Source: Octopus sinensis
Lineage: Eukaryota
Assembly: GCF_006345805.1 (NCBI RefSeq)
Contig: NW_021834790.1
Span: 16,226-80,225 of the forward strand
DNA length: 64,000 nt
Direction of reading: 5' to 3'
The translations under genes were made by a program, and so were the position numbers. Position 1 is the stretch's first letter. Each line of letters opens with the position of its first letter. The notes beneath the pieces were generated by a model. It was given only the letters and a program-made list of their open reading frames with translations. It was not told the origin of the DNA and searched no databases. Positions 42,650 through 57,026 of this stretch are shown here, one piece after another.

Positions 42650-42895
42650 ATGCGCCTTTTTAAAGCCTAGCCTGGCTCATGATCCCGGTTTCCAGTTTCT
42701 ATGGCGTATGTTCCCCCAGCTGGACGGGACGCCAGTCCATCGCAGCATTACGCATTTTTGCCAGCTGAGTGGACTGGAGCAACGTGAAATGAAGTGTTTT
42801 GCTCAAGAACACAACGCGTCGCCCGGTCCAGGAATCGAAACCACAATATTACAACCATGATGCTGACACCCTAACCACTAAGCCACGCGCTTCCA
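42650..42895 (-). mobile_element. SINE family D (tRNA head, V-domain-like centre)
   Basis: Minus strand: TGGCTTAGTGG A-box, GTTTCGATTCC B-box, TTGAGCAAAACAC, and CTGCGATGGACTGGCGTCCCGTCCAG (V-SINE-like). Diverged relatives lie near 6870 and 26532. Confidence 0.75.
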
Positions 42896-43056
42896 CAATA
42901 CATCAAGAAGACAACTAAAATCTTCAAAGTTACTACAAATGACAGGTTTTAAGGTTTTATAATTCTTCACATTACCTTCCTCACCTCAAAATTTCGGGCT
43001 TTGTATCTAAATCAGAAACCCTTATCACGCAGCGACTAACATCTATAGTATTACCA

Positions 43057-43283
43057 AGGCGGCGAGCTGGCAGAAACGTTAGCGCACCGGGCTTAGCATT
43101 ATTTCGTCTTTCTTTACGTTCTGAGTTCAAATTCCGCCGAGGTCGACTTTGCCTTTCATTCTTTCGGGGTCGATAAGTTAAGTACCAGTTACGCACTGGG
43201 GTCGATGTAATCGACTTAATCCCTTTGTCTGTCCTTGTTTGTCCCCTCTGTGTTTAGCCCCCTGTGGGCAGCAATGAAAAATA
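43057..43283 (+). mobile_element. SINE family A
   Basis: Family A sequence. Confidence 0.85.
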
Positions 43284-44324
43284 TATATTACCAAAAGCGT
43301 CAATTTTGTCTTCCGATCCACAAAATAGTTCCACTTTCAACAACTGTTGACCAACTACAAATATGTGAGGATACTTATTACACCGTATTTGACCTGGTGC
43401 AGATACTCTGTACTCTACCATTGCTGGCTAATGTATATTTTACCACAGTATGGCCACTGATCGTTAGTTAAATTGGGGAGCCTTTACATGGTTGCTAAAT
43501 GATGACAGAAATAGCTATCGTATCTCTCTGGAAACGCGCTTAAGAAATAAAATAGTACATTGTATAATACACGGTCTAAGACGGGATGGTCATAGTTGGA
43601 ATACTTTTCATCAAAATTCTGATGAGTTATGGATGACCTGGGGCTTGACAATAATAAACAGCAAACCAGCAAAAGTTCATGAAAACAAATGCAATTACCA
43701 GCTAGAAATAGCAGCTAAATTTTACCATACATCACCTAATCCTAGATTTCCAATATAGGTAATATTGACATGGCTGTTATACGCGGCATTGTATGATCGC
43801 AATCCCTTACAAACTCTGGTTCACAAAGTCATTGACTTAACATTCTGTCTCTTCTATGGATATTACGAATAATAGAACAGAAAGCAATGGAATAATATGG
43901 GAGGGTTTGCAAAGGTTATAGGCGCCTCTTTTCTTCCTTGGACTAAAATATCAATGAAAAAAAATATCGACTACTATACTATATGTTCGTGTGTGAGTAT
44001 GTATGTATATGTCTAAGTAAATCTGAATTTATTTATATATATATATATAATATATATTATATATATAATTTATATATATTATATATATATATATAGATAT
44101 ATAGATAGAGACAGATGATAAATAGATAGATAGATAAATAGATGGGTAGATAGATAGGTTTATAGATGTGCGTGGATGTAAGCATGTATAGTGTGTGTTT
44201 GTGTGTTTGTGTGTGTGCATGCATGTATGTATGTACTCATAAAGACAGACAGTGAGAGATGATAGGAGAGAGTGCTGGAGCGATTTTTAACTTTTCACCC
44301 TGTAAGCACATGCATATATAGTCG

Positions 44325-44380
<56 letters not shown>

Positions 44381-44499
44381 CTAACACGCGTGCGTACACA
44401 TAAGTATGTGTGCGCATGTAGCTCTTTGGTTTTAGCCATCCTCTCTAAAGCAATATTCTTTATCCTAGATAATATTTTATTAATAGGAATAACCTTTAT

Positions 44500-45680
44500 A
44501 ATGAACAGATTTTTTTGCTTGTAACAAACATTTCTTCCGAAAGCATAGAATTTTGGAGTTCTGAAACTGATGAATTTTTCGAAGACGTCTCTGCTGCAGC
44601 TTGGTTATTGAAGACACTCTTTTGCAACAAGTTATCAAGGAATCGTGTTAATCGGTCTGAGAGAGGCTTGGAGAGTAAGCTGGTAAGCGGAATAACTTCG
44701 TTGAGGTAATGTTCTGTAACCCCGATCGCTCAATTTCTGCAGTGACGTTCGTTTATACGTTGTCGATCGACTAATGGTGGATGCGAACGATGCAATTGTC
44801 GAGGTATTTCGTTGATTTCTTGGCAAGTCTTCTTAGTGTTCAAGAAAGAGTAGTCGAGGATACAAGTAGCCAGCGTCCAAGCAGTGACCAAAACCTTCTT
44901 TCGATGTAGCTTCGGATTATAGAAGTGTTCTGGTGCTTCATCTTCTCTCAGTTGTTTGCAAAGAACGCAGTCTCTTATTTCTTTATTGCCCACAAGGGGC
45001 TAAACACAGAGGGGACAAACAAGGACAGACAAACGGATTAAGTCGATTACATCGATCCCAGTGAGTAACTGTTACTTAATTTATCGACCCCGAAAGGATG
45101 AAAGGCAAAGTCGACCTCGGCGGAATTTGAACTATCGCCTTCATATCACGAATCCATTCTCATTTCATGTCACAATGTGATCAAGAAATGAATAATTTCA
45201 TTGCACAAAAGAAACCCTGAGCAGACTTCATGCAACATCCATCTGTCGAGCACCTTTTGATAATCCATGGCAAAGTAAATATCAACTGTTGAATGGCTAA
45301 TGTTTCTACGACCCTCGGCTGTATTCTGCTTCAGAAATGGCACTAAATTGACACTCACCTGTTATCTCCCTTATCTTCAAGACTCTCTTTTCCATCACGA
45401 AGTTATGGGAACCAGCTAAACAATGAATGCATTCATTGACAGTCCTCTGGTCAAATACTCAGTTGATATTGCGAGCAGTTTCTGTTGTTTGGGATGTCAT
45501 TATGAATTCAAACAATAAAATCACTCGAATCGTTTCTTTTTTCGTGTCCATATTTGTTTTCTTTTTATGTTGTTTTTTGCATCTTTAATTTAATAGTCTA
45601 AAATAAACAAGAGCAAACAGCGAATGTAAGCTATTAGCATAAATCAATAGACCGAAACTTACGTCGCAAAACTGTAAATT
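44500..45680 (-). pseudogene. Decayed mariner transposase, interrupted by a family A SINE at ~44977-45132
   Basis: KVLDRWMLHEV (WVPHEL-like), an IVT..E..I remnant, PKLHRKKVLVTAW and PPLVDR. Many stops and frameshifts. Confidence 0.7.
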
Positions 45681-45775
45681 ACATGAATATATTTAAAAGA
45701 GGTTTATTTCAAAAGAAGCATCAAGGTTTAAAATAACAAAAACTGCAATCAAATTTGTACAACTTTATATATATA

Positions 45776-45856
<81 letters not shown>

Positions 45857-46239
45857 GTGTGTGTGTATGTGTGGGTGCGATGGGTGTGAGTGCGTAAATA
45901 GTCGTATTCATAAATACATATACATGCACAAACACACACACACACATGCCTATATGTAAGATAGCACAAATGTAATTGCTCTTTCGTTATATATATATAT
46001 ATACACACATATATATACATACTTACATACATATATAAATATATATATAGACGTATATGTGTACATATATATATATATACACTATATTTATATACATATA
46101 CGCATATAAATATACACATATATACATGTATATATATTCATATATGTGTATACGGCGATATAATATGCTAAATGTAAGAAACTGCTCTCTTCAGCTTGTA
46201 ATATACATCTATTTTTTCTTGTGTATTCCGTCGTGTGTG

Positions 46240-46283
<44 letters not shown>

Positions 46284-46712
46284 GTGTGTGTGTATGTGTG
46301 TTTCGATTGGAGATAGAGCTCTAAGCGAATTCGGTGAACAATCGATCTGTTGAATTACAGAGTGTCCAAAAATGTGTTTCCACCAAAAGCCTATCAGCAC
46401 TAATGATTATAATAGAAGCATCTTTTGCACGTATATAGTTGTTGTTTTCATATGTAGAATAAACAAATAGTAATTCGAACGCTACCTGGATTCCTAAGAA
46501 TAACGTAAAATAAACAGTGCTTTCCTAATGATTTAGAACCGAAATGGTTGATGCAATTTCTATAGCCCTGCTGTGCTGATCTCCTTCCACAACGACGCTG
46601 CTTACATATGGCCCATGGAGGTCCATGTAAGATTTTGTTGTTAAAATGTATGTGCAATGAATTGGTTATGCTTCTATATTTCACAAAATGCTTTCAACAA
46701 TTTTGATACATA

Positions 46713-47109
46713 GACGTGGTTGTGTGGTAAGAAGCTTACTTCCTAACCACGTGGTTCCAGGTTCACTCCCACTCTGTGGCTACTTGAGCAAGCGTCTTCT
46801 ACTATATATTTCTTTATTGCCCACAAGGGGCTAAACATAGAGGGGACAAACAAGGACAGACAAAGGGATTAAGTCGATTACATCGACTCCAGTGCGAAAC
46901 TGGTACTTTATTTATCGACCCCGAAAGGATGAAAGGCAAAGTCGACCTCGGCGGAATTTGAACTCAGAACGTAACGACAGACGAAATACCGCTCAGCATT
47001 TCGCCCGGCGCGCTAACGTGTCTGCCAGCTCGCCGCCTTCTACTATAACCTCGGCCCGATCAAAGCCTTGTGAGTGGATTTGCTCGGCGGAAACTGAAAG
47101 AACCCTGTC

Positions 47110-47110
<1 letters not shown>
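46713..47110 (+). mobile_element. Family B SINE 5' half with a nested family A SINE (46808-47038, minus)
   Basis: TTCTACTATA is duplicated around the nested copy. Confidence 0.85.
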
Positions 47111-47146
<36 letters not shown>

Positions 47147-47703
47147 GTGTCTTGAATGGCGCGACAATGCACTATAATAACAACAGTGGACTATAATAAC
47201 TGTTATAATTTAATTATCCAGAGTCTGATATAATAATGATATTTCAGTATACAAAAATTCCTTCTTCAGATATCGCTAGGAATTATTCGAGTCACTACGA
47301 CAATCGGTTTTCCAACGTTTGCTAAATTTTTATTCCGCAAGCGTCTCTGTAGTGGTCTCGCGAAGCTCCTTCCGGGATTCCTCATGAGAAGTGCGTGAGC
47401 GGCTATGTGTCTCAAGCTCGTATGTGTTGGCACATCCTCAGCGCTGCTTCTAAGTTATGTATTATACGTGCAGTTTCTTTTTTTTCCTCATTTCCTTTTT
47501 TTAATAATTAATGAGCATATTATCAAAAATGGACCTACACGCATTCAGATGTAGCTAAATAATATATTGATTACCAACCTCCAGCTGGTTGCTAATTTGG
47601 GGTCCTAGTCTGTCTACGAGGATAGATTCCTTAATTCTTAGATTACCCAAATTTCTTTCACTAGTCTCAATTCTGATTGTTATGCTATTGTTGGTGTTCC
47701 AGC

Positions 47704-47752
<49 letters not shown>

Positions 47753-47763
47753 CTATCTATCTA

Positions 47764-47828
<65 letters not shown>

Positions 47829-47989
47829 CAGTCGCAGGAGTGGCTGTGTGTGTAAGAATTGCTTCCTAACCACGTGGTTCCGGTTCAGTCCCACTGCATA
47901 ACACCTTGGGCAAGTGTTTTCTACTATAGCTTCGGGCCAACCAAATCTTGTGAGTAGATTTGGTAGACGTAAACTGAAAAAAGCCCTTC

Positions 47990-48032
<43 letters not shown>

Positions 48033-48220
48033 ATATATATATGCATTTATGTGTTTCTGTTCCCCCGTCATCGCTTGTCAACCAATGCTGGTGTGGCCTC
48101 GTAACTTAGATGTTCGTCGACAAGAGACCGATAGAATAAGTCCTGTGGTCGATTTGTTCGACAAAGGCGGTGCTCCAGCATGGCTGCAATCAAATGACTG
48201 AAACAAATAAAAGAATAAAA
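47829..48220 (+). mobile_element. SINE family B, diverged
   Basis: Family B sequence. Confidence 0.8.
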
Positions 48221-48456
48221 AAATATGTAGCTGGCGATTCATTGTTACTCAGAGTTTCACACATATATAACTTACACATGTGATATCCGTCAGACAATAT
48301 GCCACTCACCATATATTGCCAGACAGATCTTTCGTGTAATTTACGTGCTTAAAACTCCGAGTAACATCAGAGTGAATGTACCATCAATTGATTGCCAGTA
48401 ACTGTACGTACTCAATATTTTTAATTCGCAATTACAAATGTCGGTGTGCAGATGTG

Positions 48457-48660
48457 AGTGTACGTGTATTTTTGTGGGTGGGCGGGTGGGTGTATAGTTT
48501 TGCATATGAATGTGTACGTGTATTTTTGTGGGTGGGTGTATAATTGTGTATATGAATGTGTACGTGTATTTTTGTGGGTGGGTGTATAATTGTGTATATG
48601 AATGTGTACGTGTATTTTTGTGGGTGGGTGTATAATTGTGTATATGAATGTGCGCGTGTA
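48457..48660. repeat. 46-bp minisatellite, about 4.5 copies
   Basis: TGTGTACGTGTATTTTTGTGGGTGGGTGTATAATTGTGTATATGAA at 48511, 48557 and 48603. Confidence 0.9.
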
Positions 48661-49087
48661 TGAGTGTTTCATTTGTTCCAAGGCGACACAATGTCTCGAA
48701 TGTCGCCAAGTATTTCTAACCGAAAGTAATATTCAGGCATAACATCTTTTCTTATGGCAACAAACCATTGTTCGTGATTTCTCAGCATATACCATTGATT
48801 GACTGTTTTGTACAATAAAGTGAATGGAATTGTATATAGCAGCAGTAAATCTCATACATTGCGTGTTGAATGAGAGAAAATTTAAAAACTTCGTAATAAG
48901 TGATAAGTGAGCAAAAAGTGAACAAAAATATTTTGTGTGAATCCTATGCATATGTTTATAATTCCTAGGTTTTAAATTCAAATTTCTAATCCCAGCAAAT
49001 ATTATAAAGAAGTGGTGATCTTCCTTGATTTATCTGCTACCATTAATGGAAAGTATTGCAAGCAATTCTCGAAACTATTTCGCGATT

Positions 49088-49722
49088 GTGATACTACATC
49101 TTTCGCTTGCTCATGTGTGGGATAACGCATCTTTGGTTTGCTCACGAGTGAGATACCACATCTTTCGCTTGCTCACAAGTGAGATACCGCATCTTTCGCT
49201 TGCTCACGAGTGAGATACCACATCTTTCGCTTGCTCACGAGTGAGATACCACATCCTTCGCTTGCTCACGAGTGAGATACTGCATCTTTCGCTTGTTCAC
49301 GAGTGAGATATCACATTCTTCGGTTGCTCACGAGCGGGATACTGCATCTTTCATTTGCTCACGAGTGAGATACCACATCCTTCGCTTGCTCACGAGTGAG
49401 ATACCACATTCTTCGGTTGCTCACGAGCGGGATACTGCATCTTTCATTTGCTCACGAGTGAGATACCACATCCTTCGCTTGCTCACGAGTGAGATACCAC
49501 ATTCTTCGCTTGCTCACGAGTGAGATACCACATCTTTCGCTTGCTCACGAGTGAGATACCACATCCTTCGCTTGCTCACGAGTGAGATACCACATCCTTC
49601 GCTTGCTCACGAGTGAGATACTGCATCTTTCATTTGCTCACGAGTGAGATACCACATCCTTCGCTAGCTCACGAGTGAGATACCGCATCTTTCATTCGCT
49701 CACGAGCGGGATACTGCATTTT
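49088..49722. repeat. 31-bp minisatellite, about 20 copies
   Basis: Unit GAGTGAGATACCACATCTTTCGCTTGCTCAC, head-to-tail with no spacers. Confidence 0.95.
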
Positions 49723-51192
49723 TCCTGTGGTCCCACCGCAACTCATCAATAGCGACGTTCACGATCGATCGTGTCACAATCGATTGCCACACTCATTCGA
49801 GCCCATCGAGGGTACATCCGAGCAGTCGGAGCCGATACTGTTTTTTAAGGTGGACGGTGCCACGCCTCCAGAGGAATAAGCTCACCACACACAAAACGAC
49901 GTCCAAAACCCGTGCGGCAGCCAAGTTTGGTAAGGTTGGCGGGCCCCTCGCGTAAAGCCCTCAGGTGTTGCTCTTGCGATTGCTGGCATTTAGTTCCAGA
50001 TCAACTCTGTTCTAGCTGGTCTATAATATTCCAACTGTGCTCATATGTTTTATTCCAGAAGGAATAGTATACCTCGAGCTACATTATATAATGTGACAGA
50101 AATCTCGTAGCTTCATCGATCCCGTAAAAGCACCCTCAGTTGTACTGTTGCTACTGCTCTTGCTGTAATTCAATTGCTTATTTCTAGATCAGCCCTAATC
50201 TAGAAGATCTCGTATAATTAAATGCATTCCATCTGTTGTCACTTTATCCTTTATTCAGGCACAGTATATCTAGGACTATAATTATCAAGTGTATCCAATT
50301 TAAAGCAGTAAGGTGTGATTTGAGGAAGATTTGCCTGTTCTATTTGGTGTTTATGTTGGTGTTGATGTTGGTGTTAATGGTGTTGGTGTGTGAGTTGATA
50401 TTGATGGTGATGTTGATGTTACCATCTCGACTATTAAGAGATGTTCGGGACTACATTTCCTTTCATTCTTTAAGACTGCGAGTTTTGAATTGAGGGAAAT
50501 TTGGGCTGCTATTTTTTGGAGATCTGATCATGTAATTACTTCTCCGTTTACTCGTTTGTGTTAACAGTTTTTGCGTTAAGGATAATTGAGTTCGTGGATG
50601 GATTGGTGCAGGGTAGTGAAAATGGCAGCTTGAATTTTTTGCAGCTGCTGTTGCAGATGATGATGGCAATGTTGTTCATGATGATGGTTATGGTTTTGGT
50701 GGTGGTGATGGTGGTGGTGGTGGTGGTGGTGGAAGTAGTGGTTATTGATGATGATAATGATGATAATGATGAAGATGATGGGAAAGGCACTAATTAAAGT
50801 TTGAGGTTGTACACTACTGTATTACAGTCAATGCTATTTCATATTTTCATGAAAAAAATATACCTTTTCCTAATTGGATTGGGTCTATAAGCGTATGTAT
50901 ATATGTATGTATATATATATGTATCCATACATGTACGTATATATATGGATGTACGTACGCAGATATGTATGTATGCTAGTATGTATATATCTATCAATGA
51001 TTATGTATGTGTATGTGTATGTGAGTGTGAACGTTTAAGTATCTTTGAAAGAAAATTTTCATATATTTATGTACTTACATCACCTCTACCCAGAAACAAG
51101 TTGACAGCAGCATTGATCATTGATTTTTCTAATGATGTATATATATATATATACTCACACACACACATATATATATATATGATATATATATA

Positions 51193-51251
<59 letters not shown>

Positions 51252-51598
51252 CATTTATTAGAAGCTGAAGTTCTTTGGTTCGTAATCCCGAATTTCAGTT
51301 ACCGATTATACAAACGATTGATTATTTTTCACGATCAATTTTGTGAAACTGAAAGTAACGACCCGAAAAATCTCAGCTTCTGATAAAGTATATATCCTCT
51401 CGGCTGTTTCTTCTCATTTATAAACATAAACGTTTTCCCATCCATATGCGGTCTACCACGATTTTCACCGGTTTGTCTGACATCAATTGACAATACTCCT
51501 GCTTAAAATTTTCTCACCTAAGGTAAGGTGATTATTCATAAACATTATTTTTTGCTTAGTTTACACGCCAGTTCGTATAAAGAGTTCGTACATACTCT

Positions 51599-51673
<75 letters not shown>

Positions 51674-51839
51674 GGTTTGGCCAAAAATCACAGCATCTTA
51701 AAATGAAACATCATGAAAATAGTTCAAACTGAAGCCCTTTTTGAGCGACACATTTTTCCATTCGAGTCAATACAGAATTACAGATAGTATGTATGGAAAT
51801 TTGATTTATACTGTCGGGTGACTTTCGGCATACCTTGTG

Positions 51840-51920
<81 letters not shown>

Positions 51921-52039
51921 GTATGTATGTATGTATATATAAGAGCGTTGTAGTTCGCTTGAAGCATTGTAATACTGAAGAATGTATATAGAGACAAAAT
52001 AGCTTCTGACAATGCGGAAATTTTTTTTTTGTTATAAAG

Positions 52040-52077
52040 CCTTTATATTTCAGGCCTAAAGGCCCCTCTTCAGAAGA
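52040..52077 (-). ncRNA. Minimal type I hammerhead ribozyme motif
   Basis: Minus strand: TCTT-CTGAAGA-G-GGGCC TTTA GGCCT-GAAA-TA-TA^-AAGG, inside a ~170-bp insert between microsatellites. Confidence 0.6.
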
Positions 52078-52112
52078 AGAGAAGAGTCTATTTTCTCTCA
52101 CTTAACATTCTG

Positions 52113-52144
<32 letters not shown>

Positions 52145-52148
<4 letters not shown>

Positions 52149-52348
52149 TTTGTATGTCTGAGATTGTCCCCCCAACATCGCTTGACAACTGATGCTGATG
52201 TGTTTACGTTCCCGTAACTAGCAGTTCGGTAAAACAAACCGATATTATAAGTACTAGACTTACAAAAAAAAGTCCTGGGTCGATTTGCTCGACTAAAGGC
52301 GGTACCGCAGTCAAAATGACTGAAACAAGTAGAAGAGTAAAAGAGTAT
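52145..52348 (+). mobile_element. SINE family B, 3' half
   Basis: Family B 3' sequence. Confidence 0.75.
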
Positions 52349-52686
52349 ACATACATACATTATATTATATATATATATATATGTATGTATGTATATATAA
52401 GTTCATCAAAAATTTAGATTCAAATGAATATGGTACTTAATTTAGATGCACCAGAATTCTGTATGTTTTATCCATAAAAATCCGTGGTGATTATTTTGCT
52501 TATTTTGAGTATATATTATATAATATATATATATTATATATATATAGTTATAGTTATAGTTATAGTACCTCAGTTTAAGCACGTAGTAGAGCCCAGTATA
52601 AAGCTCATCCGGATTTAACCTGTGCAATCCAGAAGTAGTATTATACGTACTCCCAGGTTTGCGTTTGAACATCTGTCGTGTGTGAA

Positions 52687-53157
52687 TACATAATTGAAAA
52701 AATTGGAATAAGCAACAAAGAGTACGGTTGGACATTTATTTTTTAATCACTACAATTGTTTCCACGCAACATAGTTCTCCAGGCGTGCAGGTACTTGATT
52801 GTGCAACCGTTTCCCAGCATTATGAGATCTAGTTGTGTTTCGTCAGGCGGTATGTAACTATTGTCTCCATAAGTTCAAATTCTCGGCTACAAGGACATCC
52901 TCTCTGCCGTGGCCTGAATTTAGTAGTAGTCACTGTGTTTATCAGGGTGTGTTGTCGCTGAGGGACAGTTGGCAAAATTACAGAGACAATATTTACATAT
53001 CATCTGACGAAACACAACTAGATCTCATAATGCAGGGAAACGGTTGCATAATTATGTACTTGAACGCTCAGAGAACTACGTTGTGTGGAAACAATTGTCG
53101 TGATTAAAACATAAATGTCCAATCGTACTCTTTTTCCCTCCAATTTGTTCAATTATA
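52687..53157. mobile_element. Inverted-repeat (PLE pLTR-like) element with ~185-bp arms, each carrying a hammerhead motif
   Basis: 52687-52872 is the diverged reverse complement of 52977-53157. The element ends in (TA)n. Confidence 0.75.
52999..53104 (+). ncRNA. Type I hammerhead ribozyme motif with an extended stem II (mirror copy 52746-52851, minus)
   Basis: ATCAT-CTGACGA-A ACACAAC...GTTGTGT G-GAAA-CAATTG-TC^-GTGAT. Confidence 0.65.
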
Positions 53158-53423
53158 TATATATATATATATATATCAAACGTATAGAAAAGTCAATAAC
53201 TGAAGTAAAGTAGTTATTTTTTCATAAATTAAGTTGATCACATTTCGTTACTCCAACTTTTCAAGCTGCGACTGGAATTTTAGCTTCCTATGATAATAAA
53301 TATTTGCTCTATATTGGTATTGAGAACTTATAAATTAGTATGTGAATATATATGTATCCATCAGTAATTATCTATAATAATGATGCTGACGATGACAATT
53401 ATCATTTTCTTCTTTTTTTTCTT

Positions 53424-53454
<31 letters not shown>

Positions 53455-54465
53455 TTATTATTATTATTATTATATTATTATTATTATTATTATTTTATTA
53501 TTATTATCACATCATCATCATCATCATCATCATCATCATATTATTATTATTTTTTATCATCATCATCATTTTATTATTATTAATTATTATTATTATCTTT
53601 TATATTATCATCATCATCATCATAGTAATAATTTGATATCGTTAAGTACATTGTGTATTGTGTATTTATACATACATACCTACATACACTGACACTTGTC
53701 TCGCTCTTTATCAATCTTCTTTCCTTGTGTTGAGAGAAAGTCACTGATTTTCTTTTAATGAATTAAACTGCTGAAAAATAATACAGTACATGACTGGTTG
53801 TCGTTTTATCGATCTTGAGGAGGGCAGGAGGTCAATGAAATACAAATTCGAAACCAACAGAATATAAACACGGAACAATAATAAAAGGAAAAGAACCGAA
53901 AATCTATGACCATTCAATCTGTCACTCGGCGTCTGTCTGTTTGTATGTGTGTGTGTGCGTGTGTGTGTGTGTTTGGTGTGTGTGTGTGTGTGTGTGCTTG
54001 TGTGTGAATATTACACTTTTACCATCTTCCAGGATGTCGTATTTATTGTAGTATTTAGCAGAGTGTCTTAACAGACTGATTTAATTCCCCATTGTTCTTC
54101 CCTCTGGGGCCTATAAAACTAATTAAGAGCCAAGTGCCAGGAATCGATAAAATTGATTCTTCTTCCCAAAATGTGTACAGAAATCTACAGAAATCAATAT
54201 TAGCTTCCAAAGTGTAGCCCAATCGGTCATTGAACCCCTGCTCAAGAATTTATTGTGTCTAGGGTGAGTCAGTTTAGCATAGCTTCATATTCAATATTTT
54301 GCCTAAAACTATTGCTTACCTCGTTTTATTAATCACAGTTGTGCAAAACAAAATTGTTGATGACGAAGATATGAATAAGAACGGAAACATGCTTGTACAA
54401 CTGTTTCTTCTTTTCATTGTCCACGAACATGCTTAGGTGTGACGTGTTGAGCGGTTGAGTTTAGA

Positions 54466-54925
54466 CGCAGGCGCGGTTGTATGGTTAGGAGGCTCACTTT
54501 GCAACCGTGTGTTTCCAGGTTCGGTCCTAATGCGTGGTACCTTGGCCAAGTGACTTCTATTATAGCCCCAGACTGAACAATAACTTGTGAGTGAATTTGA
54601 TAGAAACTGAAAGAAGCCCGTCATATATATGAGTGAGTGTATGTGTCTGTGTGCGTGCACATGTGTGTGTGTATGTGTGTGTGTGTGCGTGTGTGTGTGT
54701 GTGTGTGTGTGGCTTTCAGTTTGTCGCCATACCGCTTGACAACCTATATTGGTTTGTTTACGTTCCCGTATCCTTGCAGTTCAATAAAAGAGATTGTTTG
54801 AATATGAATCAAACAGGGATCAATTTGTTAGAATAAGAACCAGTTCAGGGGTCAATTTGCTTGACTAAAGCTTTTAAGGCTGTGTCCTAGCATGGCGGCA
54901 ATCAAATGACCGAAAGAAGTCGAAA
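54466..54925 (+). mobile_element. SINE family B, old diverged copy
   Basis: Colinear with family B. Confidence 0.7.
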
Positions 54926-56988
54926 GTTGTATACCATCAGCAATGAAAGAAAACACTTGTTGTCCAACCAATAAATTTATGTTCGATCAGCCAGCAACAA
55001 AATTATGACTAACACTTTTTCCACAACACTCTAGTACTTGTATGGATTTTGTAAAGCAATAAATAGTATTTTAAAAATCTTTGTGCCGCATCATTGCACT
55101 GTAGCTCTACAACACAAGATAATGAATCACTTGTCATTCTCTTTTTCAATCTAATTCACAAGAATCAGCGCTGCAAGAAGCATTGGGATGTCCCAATGCT
55201 ATTCCGCACCTATTTATAATAAAGTGGGTTGGACCATTTGTAAGCTACGTGGACAGTGTCGTAATGCAGTACCCTTGAGAGGACATGAACTGTTGACTTC
55301 ATACTGGCTTGCTCATTAGACACCAACCAATTTCAACCATCTGTTTTCTGTACCATCAATATTTTATCTATAAAAAAGAAAATTATACACCCTAGTTGAG
55401 TTATTGTTTTTAATGTCGCTTAGCCCCAGGTCAGATCAAGCAGACTTTTGATCAATGGAGTTCAGACTTTTGATCAAAGGAGGTAGGCTTTTTTTCTTTC
55501 AAACATAACGTACCTAGGATGACAGTATTGAGTACGTTCTTTCTTTTTAAGATAGTAGATTGTGATTTGAGGATGATTTGGCTGCTACTGCTTGCAGGTC
55601 ATGTGGACCTGTTAAGTAGCAGTCCCCAAAGTATGAATCGTCACCCATATTCTGAAAGGGTCTCGGAGGCAAAATTTTTAAATTTAATACGATGTAAAAA
55701 TGATTAAATTACACCCGCGTATCACACGGTATCATCTTTACAAAAAATAACACGTTAGATGATGTGCTCTTAGCTATACCATTAATGAAAATCAAAAGAC
55801 AAATAATCACGTCTGACCTGGTATCCAGCAAGGACAACAACAACAACAAAAGCAATAGTAACAGATGATTATTGTATTTTATCCTTACCACTGGACAAGT
55901 CAGTATAAAAACTCTGCTAATAATTAAGCATCTCGAGAAGAAATAGAAGTCAACAAAGCCTACCAGCTCTGATTAAAAATACGAATGGTCAAATTAGTTC
56001 CAGCCATGATTATCTCGCCTTTTAAAAAGAGGCAGTAAGGTGTGATTGGATGAGGGTTTGTTTGATAACTTTAACAGTAAGGGTGGCCATGAGAAAATGA
56101 ATCTAACCAAACAGATATATAGAGAAAGGAGGATCGTTAGTGAGGCTATCCCGTCTTTTACCAAACTCATCCTTCCTTCTTTCTGAGCAGTATGGTGTAA
56201 TTTAAGATAAAAATTCGGTTGCTCAGTATAGCAGATCTATATACCACACACAGTCAAAACCAGAATCGAAACCAACAGACGATCGATTTAGGTGAATATG
56301 GATTCGTACATATGATCTGTGTCTGTACGAAGTTGTGTGTGTGTGTGTGTGTGTGGTGTGTGGGTGTGTGTGTGTGTGTCTGTGTGTGTGTGTGTGAATG
56401 AGAGATTCTGAATAAATTAGTACATACATTATTCCAACAACCAACAGCAAAAACAACAACAATATTGGTAGAAAGAACAACTACAACAACAGCAGCAGCA
56501 GCAATTACCATCAATAGCAATTACAACATCACCATCAACAACAACAACAACAACCACAACAACAGAAATTGCAAAAACTGACAGATTTCATATTGGGAGA
56601 ATTAAAACAATCCAAATGATTTAAGCTCAGATGATATCTTGCATATTTCTCTGTCTCTTTGTCTGTCTGTCTGTCATCATCTCTCTTTCTCTCTCTCTCT
56701 CTCTCTTTCTCTTTCTCTCTCTCTCTCTATCTTTCTCTCTCTCCCTTGCTTTCATTCCAATCTCCTTCTGCTCACGCCCCCGCCTCCGCCTTGTTTCTGT
56801 TTATACGGCTTCCACATTGATGTTAATTATTTTTTTTTACAGTCTGCGTATGCATGCGCATGTATGCATATATGTATATGCGTTTATATATATATATATA
56901 TAGATATATATATATATATATTATATATATGGGTGTGTGTGTGGGTGTGTGGTGTATATTATATATATATGTAAATATATATATATAT

Positions 56989-57026
<38 letters not shown>

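Noticed and set aside
49088-49722. CRISPR-like array of ~31-bp palindromic repeats
   Set aside because: The units are contiguous with no unique spacers, there are no cas genes and the context is eukaryotic.
55178-55201. Perfect hairpin AGCATTGGGA-TG-TCCCAATGCT as a miRNA precursor
   Set aside because: The 10-bp stem and 2-nt loop are far too short for a pre-miRNA.
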